Below are positions 20,353-30,210 of a stretch of 64,000 nt of DNA, in pieces (within the stretch, counting starts at the first letter, position 1; each line of letters begins with the position of its first letter). Source of the stretch: Opitutales bacterium (GTDB lineage: Bacteria; Verrucomicrobiota; Verrucomicrobiia; Opitutales; UBA2987); assembly GCA_965226885.1 (NCBI GenBank), contig CBDDEL010000017.1, forward strand, positions 384,001 to 448,000. Reading direction: 5' to 3'. The notes under the pieces are model-generated. The model did not search any database, was not told where the DNA came from, and worked only from the letters and a program-made list of their open reading frames with translations. Position numbers and translations under genes: made by a program.

Positions 20353-21919
20353 CCCGGATATTTCATGAAGGGTAAAGTTTGGCTCGTTATTGCTATTGGA
20401 GATGGATTTCTTTGTATTTTGGGCGGATCGTCTTGATTTTGAGGTGTTTTTCAGGGTGTAGAGACACTTCCCCCTTTCCCCCATTGGTTCGGTAGCGCCG
20501 GGGGCAGCGCCAATGCGCCCTTTAGGTTGGCACCAACCGGCGGGCCGCATGGTTGAAAAGACTGGCCCATGGATGACTTTCACTTAGATGAAAGTGAATC
20601 GTTCGGGTGTTGCGCACGATTACCGCTCCGATCTTGATTAATTTTAGCCGTAGACTGTGGCATTGGAGCCGCGCCCACTTCGTCCCTTTTAATGCGAACC
20701 GGCGCAAGGCTTCCATCAAGGTGTAGGCCAGCCCCGACAAGAGCAATCGCCACTGGTTGGCCCACCATTTATGCGCGCTGGTGCGTTCGCTGAACAATTG
20801 CATCTGTTCCTTGATCCGGTTCTCCATCTCACCGCGGCCACAGTATACTTTGTCGTAAAGCTCTTGGGGATCGCCCGGCAGGTTCGTCACCACGAAGCGC
20901 GGGTTGGACCCCTGTGCGGTGTGTTCGGCTTTGTGGATGATAAGGCGTTGGCGCCGCCACGATTTTGCCCCATACTCGAAGTGCTGAAACAGCCGTTGCT
21001 TTTTGCCGCTACCCTCGAACCATTGTTTGGCTTGCTCCTGCAACTGCCGGGCCGCTTGCTGCAAGCGTGCATGGCGGGCCGTTCCCACTATAAAATAAAC
21101 CTCGTTGCGCTCGCACCACGAGAGAATCCGATCCCGGCAGAATCCGCTGTCGGCACGCCAAATAATCCGCGTATGGGGCCAGCTTTGGCGAATCCGTTTA
21201 ACCAGCAATTTGAGGATGGCCCCGGCATGCTTGCTCGCATCGATCTTGCTGGGCCGCAGGTAGGCCACCAGAAGCTGATCGCCGCAAAAAACATACAGCG
21301 GCAAAAAACAGTAATGATCATAATAACCGTGGAAAAAACGTCCCTCCTGGAGCCCGTGCACCGGATTGTCGGTGGCGTCAAAGTCCAGGATGATCTCTTC
21401 GGGTTCCTCGGCAAAGGATCCGATGAACTGTTCGACCAGCAACTCGTTCAGGGCAAAGGCTGCCCGCCGATCCTGCCCGTTTTCAAAACGACACAAAGTC
21501 GGCGCGCTGGCCAACGCTTCAGTGCGCCCCGTTACCGTTTGCAACAAAGGATCGCGGCGCAGGGTGTTAAAGTCGTTCAAATCCTCATAGCCCGCCACCA
21601 GCCCGTAAACGCGCTGCCGGATCATGGCCAGCATCTCATGGCGCACTTTGCCCTTCTGCCGTTTGTCTACTAATTGCCGGGCCGCTTGCTCGGTCAAGCC
21701 CAACCGCCGATCCACTTCCCGGATCAAAAGCAGCCCGGCATCCGAAGTAACCTCACCGCCCTTAAAATCAACCCGCACACGGCGGCCTTTTACCCTTGTC
21801 AACTGTAGTTCTAATTGTTTACTTTTTGTCATCGCTGATATTGCTTTAATGTTTAATCTATCCTGCTGTATATCAGCAGATAAGCATATCAGCGATACTT
21901 TTTTTATGAAATTTCCGGG
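20353..21919 (-). mobile_element. IS1380-family element (1567 bp), divergent isoform, nested; TTAG duplication
   Basis: IRs CCCGGA(T/A)ATTTCAT; TTAG at 20349-20352 and 21920-21923. Confidence 0.95.
20522..21832 (-). CDS. IS1380 transposase (intact, 436 aa)
   Basis: VTSDAG, LDFDATD, RADSGF and RGEMENRIKE motifs. Confidence 0.95.
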   Translation of the reverse strand: MTKSKQLELQLTRVKGRRVRVDFKGGEVTSDAGLLLIREVDRRLGLTEQAARQLVDKRQKGKVRHEMLAMIRQRVYGLVAGYEDLNDFNTLRRDPLLQTVTGRTEALASAPTLCRFENGQDRRAAFALNELLVEQFIGSFAEEPEEIILDFDATDNPVHGLQEGRFFHGYYDHYCFLPLYVFCGDQLLVAYLRPSKIDASKHAGAILKLLVKRIRQSWPHTRIIWRADSGFCRDRILSWCERNEVYFIVGTARHARLQQAARQLQEQAKQWFEGSGKKQRLFQHFEYGAKSWRRQRLIIHKAEHTAQGSNPRFVVTNLPGDPQELYDKVYCGRGEMENRIKEQMQLFSERTSAHKWWANQWRLLLSGLAYTLMEALRRFALKGTKWARLQCHSLRLKLIKIGAVIVRNTRTIHFHLSESHPWASLFNHAARRLVPT

Positions 21920-22236
21920 TTAGACCCATTGGCTGCCACCCCTCCAAGGCCAGCTCAATGGCCTGCGATTCCACCTCCGAGTCGATCAGCAGCCGATCGA
22001 TTCGATCAATGGTGGCGCGGAAGTTATCGTAATCGAGGCACCGGTCGACCACAGTTAAAGCTGGACGCAGGAGGCATTGGATGGCTATATTTTTCATAGA
22101 AAGGGCTATATTGATTTTCGCTAACTCAATTATAGAACCCTTTTTTGGCCGGATCGAGCAAAAACTTGCTCTTTCCGGCTCTTTTTATCAACGTCATCCA
22201 GTTGACTATAAAATCTTTATATTTTTGGGACAGCCT

Positions 22237-23397
22237 CTAACGTACGCAACCGCGCGCCTCCACCGGCCAGCGGCCAATCCGACCATTTTCGTGGATGACA
22301 TGCACTTCGTCGGTCAGGTTGAGAACCGGGCACACATGGGCCACTACGAAGCGTAATTTCTGCCCGATTTTCAACTCATCAACATCCTCGCCGGTGAGGA
22401 AGCCGTGCTCCTCGCTTAATTTCGTAACGGTAATCCGCCTGCCGTCAGCTGCCAGTGCCGTTTCTCCAGCCGGCGTCTTATCGCTGCTGAAGACTTTCGT
22501 GCCTGCGTCGATGAGAGCCAGTCCGGGCTCCGGTTTGTCAACGACGGTCGTCAAAATAGTCAGTGCAACTTGTTCCCACTCCATCGTCACAACCCTGTGG
22601 GTATGGGATAGGTCGCCAAAAACATAAGCCCCCGGGCGAACCGCATCGACCTCCGGCAGGGTCGCCATGATGGCGGCGGTAACGCTGCAACCGGGCCAGA
22701 TGCGCAAATCGGGATCAACCCTTTCCTTCAATGCCATCAATTGAGCGTGTACCTCACGGGCGCACTCCGATTTTTTTTCCGGAGGGGCCCAGTAACAATG
22801 CCCTTCGTGGGTGTAAATGCCATGCAATTCAAGGTGTGGCAGCCGCCGGATGACTTCTGCCAACCGGATGCCTGCCTCAAGACCTCTGGCCCCTTCGCGG
22901 CCAACCCCGGTGTCCAGGGCCATCATAACTGGAAGTTTCAGGTCCACTCCAGCCAGCACCCGCTCCAGCGCTTCCGCCTGGCCCTCGCTCGTGCCAGCCA
23001 TAACCAACTCGCCAACCTGCCCCGAGATGGCCTTGAGCCGAGGCCCTTGGAGGGGATCGACAATTGAATTGGCGATGAAAATCGATTCGACGCCGGAGGG
23101 TAGCATGGCTTCAGCCTCCCCAATTTTGGCGCAGGTTAAACCGACCGCTCCGGCGGCAAGCTGCTCTTTAGCCACCGCAACCATCTTGTGGGTTTTAATA
23201 TGCGGTCGAAGCTCGACCTTATGCCGATCGCACACTTGCTGCATGCGGCCGATATTATCCCGCATCTTTTCGCAATCGACGAGCACGCACGGAGCTGGCA
23301 GTTCGGCCAGTTCGCTGGTGACTCGGAAAGTTGTTGTTCCGGTTGGAATTAAATTTTCAGTTAACCTATTGTCATTCACCATTGCTATAGATTTCAA
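22237..23397 (-). CDS. DSD1/D-threonine aldolase-family PLP enzyme (fold type III)
   Basis: LRPHIKTHK (PLP Lys), RPGAYVFGD, SEEHG and HVCP motifs. Confidence 0.9.
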   Translation of the reverse strand: MKSIAMVNDNRLTENLIPTGTTTFRVTSELAELPAPCVLVDCEKMRDNIGRMQQVCDRHKVELRPHIKTHKMVAVAKEQLAAGAVGLTCAKIGEAEAMLPSGVESIFIANSIVDPLQGPRLKAISGQVGELVMAGTSEGQAEALERVLAGVDLKLPVMMALDTGVGREGARGLEAGIRLAEVIRRLPHLELHGIYTHEGHCYWAPPEKKSECAREVHAQLMALKERVDPDLRIWPGCSVTAAIMATLPEVDAVRPGAYVFGDLSHTHRVVTMEWEQVALTILTTVVDKPEPGLALIDAGTKVFSSDKTPAGETALAADGRRITVTKLSEEHGFLTGEDVDELKIGQKLRFVVAHVCPVLNLTDEVHVIHENGRIGRWPVEARGCVR

Positions 23398-23425
23398 AAA
23401 ATATTTTTTCTTCTCGATTTCAGAT

Positions 23426-25546
23426 TTATGCTTTCAATACGTAAACGTAAATCGGGCTGCTCCAGGCCATGTGGCCATCTTCCTGCGTAACCCGAATATA
23501 AATAGGGTTGTCCCCTTTGCGGAGCTTGTTTATGGGGAGTTCAAAGGAGAGATGGCGGGAGCCGCCGATATCCGGCAAGCGTGATATTTCAATCTTTTTT
23601 TGTAACCCTCCGCATTTCCAAACGCGAACTTTTTGCCCTATGGAACGAATGGAGACACGGACTTTCCTCTGAACGGTTTCCAATATCAAATCGCCGTTAT
23701 TATTGTTTCCCAGGGTAAGTATCGCTCCCGATACCCCGCCGGTCGTGATCGACTCCCATTGCAAGCGCGATCGGCCCGTCTTCTTTAGCGGGTTTTCCGC
23801 ATTCCAAAAGTTAATGGGCTGAAAGGAGCGAATCGTGTTTCCCGTTATCTGGAGACTGCCGTCCCAGGCAACCATGCGCGCCCGCCCGCGGATTTCCGCT
23901 CCGCTCCAGGTCACTTTTATACGTTTCCCCGCATCCTTTTTAGAATATCCGTAAACACGTTGAATCTCGTCGAGGCCATTTCGAATATCGACATACTGGA
24001 TCGGAGCTGACCCGCAAACATTTACCTGCAAACGCGGGATGCCCCCCTTATTTTCGAGGCAGTCTCCCATTATTGCCTCCCTCCCGTCAGCAGTTCTCAA
24101 GCGAACGTCGACCAGGCAGCGGTTGCCCGTGGTTCCATAAAAATGGCGCTCTCTCAAAGCCTCAACCAGGTGGGCTCGATCCAGTTTGCGCAATAAAACA
24201 CAGGTTAGTCCACCCAGCGACCCGAATTTTCCCGCTCCCGGGTAGGAGGCTCCCGGACGCCCTTTGTGCCCGTCCGAATTAGCGCAGATACCAACCCGGC
24301 AACCCCGTTTCAAAGCGTCCTCGACCAGCCACTCGAATGTGCCCCAAGCCGAATGAACTTCGACTCCCCACTCGAGTTTCGGATCATGTATGCTGAGATC
24401 TGCATATCGTCCGCCAACGTGAGCGAATACAAAGGCTTCTGGCCGATTCTGCTGGCGAAGGCGCTTAAAGAGATGGGCCGCCGTCGGCGAGTCCTCGAAA
24501 GACGACTTCAATCCCGGCAGCAGATCCCGGCTGCTACGCGTAATCTTGCCCCCCTCGGATGAAAACCAAACGTTGCGGTCGCCGCCCAGCGGCGTATTGC
24601 CACTCCATTCATAACCGGGGAGGGTGACAAACGATCCAGCTTTATTAAAGGCCTTGGTAACCGTATTCAAATGCTCCCAAAACTCATCCGTCATCTGGAA
24701 ATCATTGCCTTGGTGGGCGGCGAAATCGACCGGCCCGCAATCGCGCGCAAAGGTGAAATAATCCTCAATCGTGTTCGTCCCGATGGTCTCCTCGGACTGT
24801 CCGTGCAGGTCTCCCCAATACCTCTTCCAGGGATCGTCCGAAGCGATTACCTGGATGGGATTGCTCTCAGCTTCCAGACCGGTCTTTTTATCATGGAAAT
24901 TTACTGTGACAATGCCTTCACTTGCAAAACCCGAATGCCGTTGGGCTTTTGGTTTTGAAACCGGATTGCCCCATATATCCAGCAACTTGAGAAAGCTAAC
25001 GAATCGTTCATTAATATGAACCTGTGAAGGGGCGATACCAACTGCGCGCACTGGTTCACCCGGAATAATGCGCAGGAAGGGGGATCGCTGCAGTTCCTTG
25101 AACCGGTAGGATGCAAAAGGATCCACCAGGGTCTTGAATTCAAAAGAACTCTCGCAAAACGTCTGCATGCGCCACCCCGGAGAACCGCCGGAGGTGTCCC
25201 CGAAGCCGACCGTTATTTTTTCTCCCTTGTTGAGAAAACCGCCCATCACCTTGAGGAAGAGGGAACGGCCCCAGGGGCGGGTATGCCCTTTGGGATCCCA
25301 GCGTGGTTCGATGCGGCAATCGCCATTGGTCGTTATGCTGCAATAGTTGGGGCGTAGAGGATCCGTAAATTGCGGTTCGCCGAAATCCCCGGCATAACGA
25401 AACACCACTTTGACAAAACCTGTTTCATCAATGGGATGTCCAGCCGTATAGGTATAGGTAAGCGAACGGTAACTTCCGGCTATAACGGCCCGCCGAGGGG
25501 TTATCGAAGCTCTTCCAATATCAGCGCCGTGATTGAAGGATTTCAT
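23426..25546 (-). CDS. DUF3604 (PHP-like) domain protein
   Basis: YWGDLHGQSEETIG, PGYEWS, GGDRN, NSDGHKGRPG and C-terminal AWSSPI motifs. Confidence 0.8.
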   Translation of the reverse strand: MKSFNHGADIGRASITPRRAVIAGSYRSLTYTYTAGHPIDETGFVKVVFRYAGDFGEPQFTDPLRPNYCSITTNGDCRIEPRWDPKGHTRPWGRSLFLKVMGGFLNKGEKITVGFGDTSGGSPGWRMQTFCESSFEFKTLVDPFASYRFKELQRSPFLRIIPGEPVRAVGIAPSQVHINERFVSFLKLLDIWGNPVSKPKAQRHSGFASEGIVTVNFHDKKTGLEAESNPIQVIASDDPWKRYWGDLHGQSEETIGTNTIEDYFTFARDCGPVDFAAHQGNDFQMTDEFWEHLNTVTKAFNKAGSFVTLPGYEWSGNTPLGGDRNVWFSSEGGKITRSSRDLLPGLKSSFEDSPTAAHLFKRLRQQNRPEAFVFAHVGGRYADLSIHDPKLEWGVEVHSAWGTFEWLVEDALKRGCRVGICANSDGHKGRPGASYPGAGKFGSLGGLTCVLLRKLDRAHLVEALRERHFYGTTGNRCLVDVRLRTADGREAIMGDCLENKGGIPRLQVNVCGSAPIQYVDIRNGLDEIQRVYGYSKKDAGKRIKVTWSGAEIRGRARMVAWDGSLQITGNTIRSFQPINFWNAENPLKKTGRSRLQWESITTGGVSGAILTLGNNNNGDLILETVQRKVRVSIRSIGQKVRVWKCGGLQKKIEISRLPDIGGSRHLSFELPINKLRKGDNPIYIRVTQEDGHMAWSSPIYVYVLKA

Positions 25547-25598
25547 TTCAATTAATTGACAGGTTCCCTACTCTAAACATTCCAGGTGAAATAGAGTC

Positions 25599-26387
25599 TC
25601 AAGCAAATCCGCTCACACCTGTTTTCCGGCGGGCTGCTTCTAGATAAAGCACATCCAGTGGCTCGACGTTGCCCAGGTTGATATTCGATCCCAACTGCCT
25701 TAAAAGCGTATTGGTAATCGATGGCTTTTGCATGCCCATGGGGCCAAGCCACCATCCCGGAAGTTCCATAATCAGTTTTTCGAGCGGAAATCTCTCTGTC
25801 AGCGCCTTCACCAGATCGGTTCTCATTGTGTCGCCTTCAATGAGGTCGGCAGCCTCGATAAATACTTTCCATGCGCCCGCCGCAAGGCAGTCTTCGACAT
25901 CGGTCAGGACTGAGGCGATCTCCGTAATTTTCACCTTCGATCCCACCTCACCCAGCACTTTGAATCCATATTCATTACGCGCACTCTCAATCAGGTTCTT
26001 TTTGAATGCAGCAGTAAATGGGGCTGTGTTGTCCGAAACCTCGATCAAGCGAAATCCAGCCTCCCGGGCATCGGCAAGGTATTCTTTAACGCAGTCGCGG
26101 CTAACGGCGTATTCGAGAAACTGGCCTCCGGGAAACGCTTCCACCTGGTTTTCGCGGTAGATTTCCAGTTTGCGGGTTAAAACGTGGCGGGGTAGCAGGC
26201 CGGGAATGCCAACGGCAATTTTGGCCAGGTCAATATATTCGCCGGACGTATCCAGCAAATCTTTCTGGGCGGAAACGCCCAAGCCCCAATCGATAAGCAT
26301 CGTAAGGCCTTCCTCGCGAGGTTTGCTGGTTCGCTCTAACACGGGCACGTTTTGAAACGCGCGTTCACTATACTTTTCATTTTTCAT
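25599..26387 (-). CDS. comA: Phosphosulfolactate synthase (ComA) family protein
   Basis: KPREEGLTMLID, FPGG, IEVSD, GEVGSK, VFIEA and NINLGNV motifs. Confidence 0.85.
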   Translation of the reverse strand: MKNEKYSERAFQNVPVLERTSKPREEGLTMLIDWGLGVSAQKDLLDTSGEYIDLAKIAVGIPGLLPRHVLTRKLEIYRENQVEAFPGGQFLEYAVSRDCVKEYLADAREAGFRLIEVSDNTAPFTAAFKKNLIESARNEYGFKVLGEVGSKVKITEIASVLTDVEDCLAAGAWKVFIEAADLIEGDTMRTDLVKALTERFPLEKLIMELPGWWLGPMGMQKPSITNTLLRQLGSNINLGNVEPLDVLYLEAARRKTGVSGFA

Positions 26388-26448
26388 GGTTTAAATTATT
26401 CACCTCATTTTGTTCCCCCCTCGCCTCCGCTCCACGGTTGTTTTTCCC

Positions 26449-27450
26449 TCAAGTCGCCCGGCCATAATTTTCCGCCACAACAGTATGAATCAAGGGTCGA
26501 TTATTTAAATAGTTTTGAAGATTGCCCAGGGCAGACTCGCCGCAGGCTCGATCACGTTCCACAGTGGCACCGCCCATATGCGGCAGAAGCGTGACGTTGG
26601 GCAACTCTCGTAGAGGTGAATCCTTTGGTAGTGGTTCCACCGCATATACATCCAATGCGACCTGAATCCGCCCCTCGCGGGCGACCCGGCAAAGAGCTTC
26701 CTCGTCAACCACCAGACCTCGCCCCACATTGACAAAACAAGCGCCTTGAGGGAGCAAACGAAGAAGTTTCTCAGTAACGATTTTTTTAGTCTTGCCGGTT
26801 AAAGGCTTTAATTCCACCAGCACATCGGAATTCGCAAATAACACTTCCTCGCTGGAGACTCTTTTTACACTGTATTTATCCAATACCTCATTGGGGACAC
26901 CGGTATGGGCGCTGATTTCGACCTTGAAAGGTTTCAGAAGTAGAACCAGGGCCTGGGCAATGTTGCCAAAACCGTGAAGCCCCACCCGCAGGTTGAATAA
27001 ACTCCGGTTCTCGGTCGTCCTTTCACGCCAATTGCCGTGTATTTTTAAATCGATGCCATACTGCATCGTCCTGCGCAGGCCGCAAAGAATCAGCATCAGC
27101 GTACACTCCGCCACGTATTTTCCTATAACGTTTCCCCAGTTAGTTACCGAAAGTCCAGCTGCAATCATCTCACGGGTTACTTTTCGGCGCACGGTACCCG
27201 TTATGTTGCAAAGGTATTTCACGCTGCCGCCGTTGGATAAAAGGCAGGAATCGGGAAGCGACGGGTAAGCCCAGGCCCCCATCACCACTTCCGGCTGGAA
27301 GTCAAGCAGAGCTTTCTCCCAGCGATCGTCAAAGGGAGCCGTTTCCCGAATTTCATACCCGATTCGGGATAATTCCTCCCTCAGATCGAGTGGAAAAAAC
27401 CGCTGCATTTCCTCTTCCGTCAAAGCAATCAGTAATCGTCGATTAATCAT
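26449..27450 (-). CDS. D-isomer-specific 2-hydroxyacid dehydrogenase
   Basis: GLHGFGNIA, VNVGRG, ALDVYAVEP and LPHMGG motifs. Confidence 0.92.
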   Translation of the reverse strand: MINRRLLIALTEEEMQRFFPLDLREELSRIGYEIRETAPFDDRWEKALLDFQPEVVMGAWAYPSLPDSCLLSNGGSVKYLCNITGTVRRKVTREMIAAGLSVTNWGNVIGKYVAECTLMLILCGLRRTMQYGIDLKIHGNWRERTTENRSLFNLRVGLHGFGNIAQALVLLLKPFKVEISAHTGVPNEVLDKYSVKRVSSEEVLFANSDVLVELKPLTGKTKKIVTEKLLRLLPQGACFVNVGRGLVVDEEALCRVAREGRIQVALDVYAVEPLPKDSPLRELPNVTLLPHMGGATVERDRACGESALGNLQNYLNNRPLIHTVVAENYGRAT

Positions 27451-27464
27451 TTGTCTGCCTTAAA

Positions 27465-27480
27465 GTAACTAAAGAGTTAC
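27465..27480. promoter_or_regulatory. Palindromic operator GTAACtaaagaGTTAC
   Basis: In a divergent intergenic region; TTGACA at 27488-27493. Confidence 0.85.
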
Positions 27481-27526
27481 TTTTCATTTGACAAGGATCT
27501 TTTTCTGCCTTGCCATGAGAAACCTT

Positions 27527-28999
27527 ATGAAAGCTGTCATGGTAATGTTCGATTCGCTGAACCGGCATTTTCTTTCCCGATATGGCTGTCAGTGGCCGAG
27601 CACACCGAATTTCCAAAGATTGGCGGAAAAAACCCTTACCTTCGATACCTCTTTTGTCTGCTCGATGCCGTGTATTCCAGCCCGGCGGGATTTGCATACC
27701 GGCCGCCCGTCTTTTCTCCACAGGCGTTGGGGCCCGCTGGAACCCTTCGATGTCTCGGTTCCCGAAACATTGAAGGAGAACGGCATTTCTTCCCATCTCA
27801 TTACGGATCATTATCATTATTGGGAAGATGGCGCATCTACCTACCATAACCGCTACAGCACTTACGAATTTTTCCGGGGCCAGGAGGGGGATCTGTGGAA
27901 GGGTCTGTTGGGTGAACTTCCCATTCCCAGCCATGAAAACCCGCAGGACAGGCGCCAGAATTGGATCAACCGTTCTTTTATGGCGGAGAACAGCGAGCAT
28001 TGCCAAACCCGCACCTTCGACGCCGCCTGTGATTTCATTGATCGCAACCATGAGGCCGACAATTGGTTTTTGCAAATCGAGTCCTTCGACCCCCACGAAC
28101 CATTTTTTGCCGACCAGGAATACCGCTCCACCGATGAAGACGAAAGCGACGATCCTCTCTTTGACTGGCCGAACTATGGTCCGGTTACGGAAAGCCCTGA
28201 AAAAATCGCCCGTGGGAGAAGGTCCTACGCCGCCCTTCTGCGAAAGTGCGATCAATCACTGGGCCGGATTCTGGATTTGATGGATGGGCACAACCTTTGG
28301 GAGGATACCATGTTCATCGTCTGGACCGATCACGGTTTTCTCCTCGGCGAGCACGATTTGTGGGGCAAAAACATCATGCCGCTCTACCGTGAAATATCCA
28401 ACACGCCCTTTTTCCTCTGGGATCCGCGATGTGGAAAATGCAACGAACGCCGCGCCAGCCTCGTTCAACCGGCCATTGATCTGGGGCCGACCCTCCTCGA
28501 TTTCTTTTCCCTGCCCCGCCCCGAGACAATGATCGGTCAAAACCTCGCCCCCGTGATTTCTCAGGACGATCCGGTTCGCAAAAAGGCCATTTTCGGCCAT
28601 CATGGCCAGGATATCCATATAACGGACGGGAATTATATCTATATCCGGGCACCCATTAAGGCGAACAACGCACCTCTTTTCAACTATACTTTGATGCCCA
28701 TGCGACCCCAAGCTTTTTTCCAGGATCACATGTTAAGGGATGCCGTTTTGACAAAAGAATTTTCCTTTACGCGAGGGCTCCCTGTCCTGCGCTGCCCGTC
28801 GGACAGGTTTCAAAAATTCACCACAGGAGGACCCGGACAGCACCTTCTTTGGGACCTGCGCAACGAATCTTCTCCCGACCACGCGATACGCGATCCCGAT
28901 CTGGAAGAACATTTTTGCCGTAGCATGGTCCGCCTGATGGAGGAATGCGAGAGCCCTTCCGAACAATACGATCGAATGGGTCTGGGCAACTTTCGATAA
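27527..28999 (+). CDS. Cys-type sulfatase
   Basis: MFDSLNRH, CIPARRDLHTG, DPHEPF and WTDHG motifs. Confidence 0.92.
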   Translation: MKAVMVMFDSLNRHFLSRYGCQWPSTPNFQRLAEKTLTFDTSFVCSMPCIPARRDLHTGRPSFLHRRWGPLEPFDVSVPETLKENGISSHLITDHYHYWEDGASTYHNRYSTYEFFRGQEGDLWKGLLGELPIPSHENPQDRRQNWINRSFMAENSEHCQTRTFDAACDFIDRNHEADNWFLQIESFDPHEPFFADQEYRSTDEDESDDPLFDWPNYGPVTESPEKIARGRRSYAALLRKCDQSLGRILDLMDGHNLWEDTMFIVWTDHGFLLGEHDLWGKNIMPLYREISNTPFFLWDPRCGKCNERRASLVQPAIDLGPTLLDFFSLPRPETMIGQNLAPVISQDDPVRKKAIFGHHGQDIHITDGNYIYIRAPIKANNAPLFNYTLMPMRPQAFFQDHMLRDAVLTKEFSFTRGLPVLRCPSDRFQKFTTGGPGQHLLWDLRNESSPDHAIRDPDLEEHFCRSMVRLMEECESPSEQYDRMGLGNFR

Positions 29000-29035
29000 A
29001 AGGCTGGGCCGGTTTACCCTTCGCCCCTATTTCAT

Positions 29036-30199
29036 TCACTGGAAAACATACTTCGCAATGCGTTCTTCATCGGGGGCCACCCCCAACCCCGGTCCCTGGG
29101 GGAGAGCGTAGGATCCGTTTTTGGGACAGAGCGAGGGGTTAGAATATTTGTCCGAAACCTCGATTTGGGTCGGTTGGTATTCCAGCAGGAAGAGCCTTTC
29201 GGTAGCCGCCGCGATGTGCAAGGCGGCCGCCGTGTACTGGGCCATGCCGGAACCGATATGGGGCGCCACCGGAACACCGTAGGAATGGCAAAGGGCAATG
29301 ACCCGCTGCCCTTCGGTGATTCCCAGTCGCCCGATGTCCGGTTGGGCCAGATCGACCGCCTTGCGCTCCAAACGCTCCTGGAACCGATAGCGGGTGCGTA
29401 ATTCTTCCCCCAGAGCGATGGGCAAATCGAGAACCCGACACAATTCACTGTAATTCCCTACCTCCTCAAAATTAAGGGGGCACTCCAGGAAACTCACCTC
29501 CAGCCCCTCCAGCGCACGGCCCAGTTCGATGGCTTCATTTAAATCGTAAACCCAATGGGCATCGATGAGAATCTTGATGGCGTCCCCGAACTCCCGTCGC
29601 AGTTTTTCCACGTGCTGGATATCTTTACGCACTCCGAGTCCGAGGGATATTTTAAAGGCCGTGAATCCTTTTTCGATCCATTCTTTAATTCGGTCGATTT
29701 GCTCCTCCACCGATTCGGCGGGAACGCCTGAAACGTAGCAGGGAATATTTTCGCGATAGGAGCCACCGAGCAGTTTATAGACCGGCTGCCCGGCCGCTTT
29801 GCCCACGATGTCCCAAAGCGCGATGTCGCAGGCGGAAATGGCGTCCACCATGAAACCGGCGTCATGGCCGCGATCCCTCAACTGATCGTAGATGCGGTCG
29901 CGCAATACGGCCCGATCATACGGATCCTCCCCGATCAACCGGGGGGCCACCAGTTCGTCCACCAGTTTTCCGACTACATGCGGCACGATTGCCGCCTGGG
30001 TTTCGCCCCAGCCCACGATCCCGTCATCGGTGGTTATTTTCACCAGATAGGTTTCCGCATTCAACGGATAAATGCCGCGGTAATGGCCGTGCCCCGTATA
30101 GGCGCCCACGCCCTTGACACTCTGACGCTCATCGTGCCCACCCATATAGGAATAGCCCGGTATACGGATGGGAAAATTTTCTACTTTTGTAATACGCAT
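29036..30199 (-). CDS. Mandelate racemase/muconate lactonizing enzyme family (acid-sugar dehydratase-like)
   Basis: DIALWDIVGK, IDAH, LECP, GEE and QPD metal ligands. Confidence 0.92.
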   Translation of the reverse strand: MRITKVENFPIRIPGYSYMGGHDERQSVKGVGAYTGHGHYRGIYPLNAETYLVKITTDDGIVGWGETQAAIVPHVVGKLVDELVAPRLIGEDPYDRAVLRDRIYDQLRDRGHDAGFMVDAISACDIALWDIVGKAAGQPVYKLLGGSYRENIPCYVSGVPAESVEEQIDRIKEWIEKGFTAFKISLGLGVRKDIQHVEKLRREFGDAIKILIDAHWVYDLNEAIELGRALEGLEVSFLECPLNFEEVGNYSELCRVLDLPIALGEELRTRYRFQERLERKAVDLAQPDIGRLGITEGQRVIALCHSYGVPVAPHIGSGMAQYTAAALHIAAATERLFLLEYQPTQIEVSDKYSNPSLCPKNGSYALPQGPGLGVAPDEERIAKYVFQ

Positions 30200-30210
30200 G
30201 ATAAATTTGG

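Larger units (their letters stand above)
19045..22097 (-). pseudogene. ISDol1-like DDE transposase split by IS1380 (22097-21924 plus 20352-19045)
   Basis: MKNIAIQ...PMGL | KARRQRAS... rejoins in frame; IDGTCLEANI, ADRGF and RRASTEGRI motifs. Confidence 0.88.
18850..22237 (-). mobile_element. ISNCY (ISDol1-like) element, 1817 bp native, carrying a nested IS1380; 7-bp target duplication TAACGTA
   Basis: 15-bp perfect IR GAGGCTGTCCCAAAA; TAACGTA at 18843-18849 and 22238-22244; same element as 53641-55471. Confidence 0.9.
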
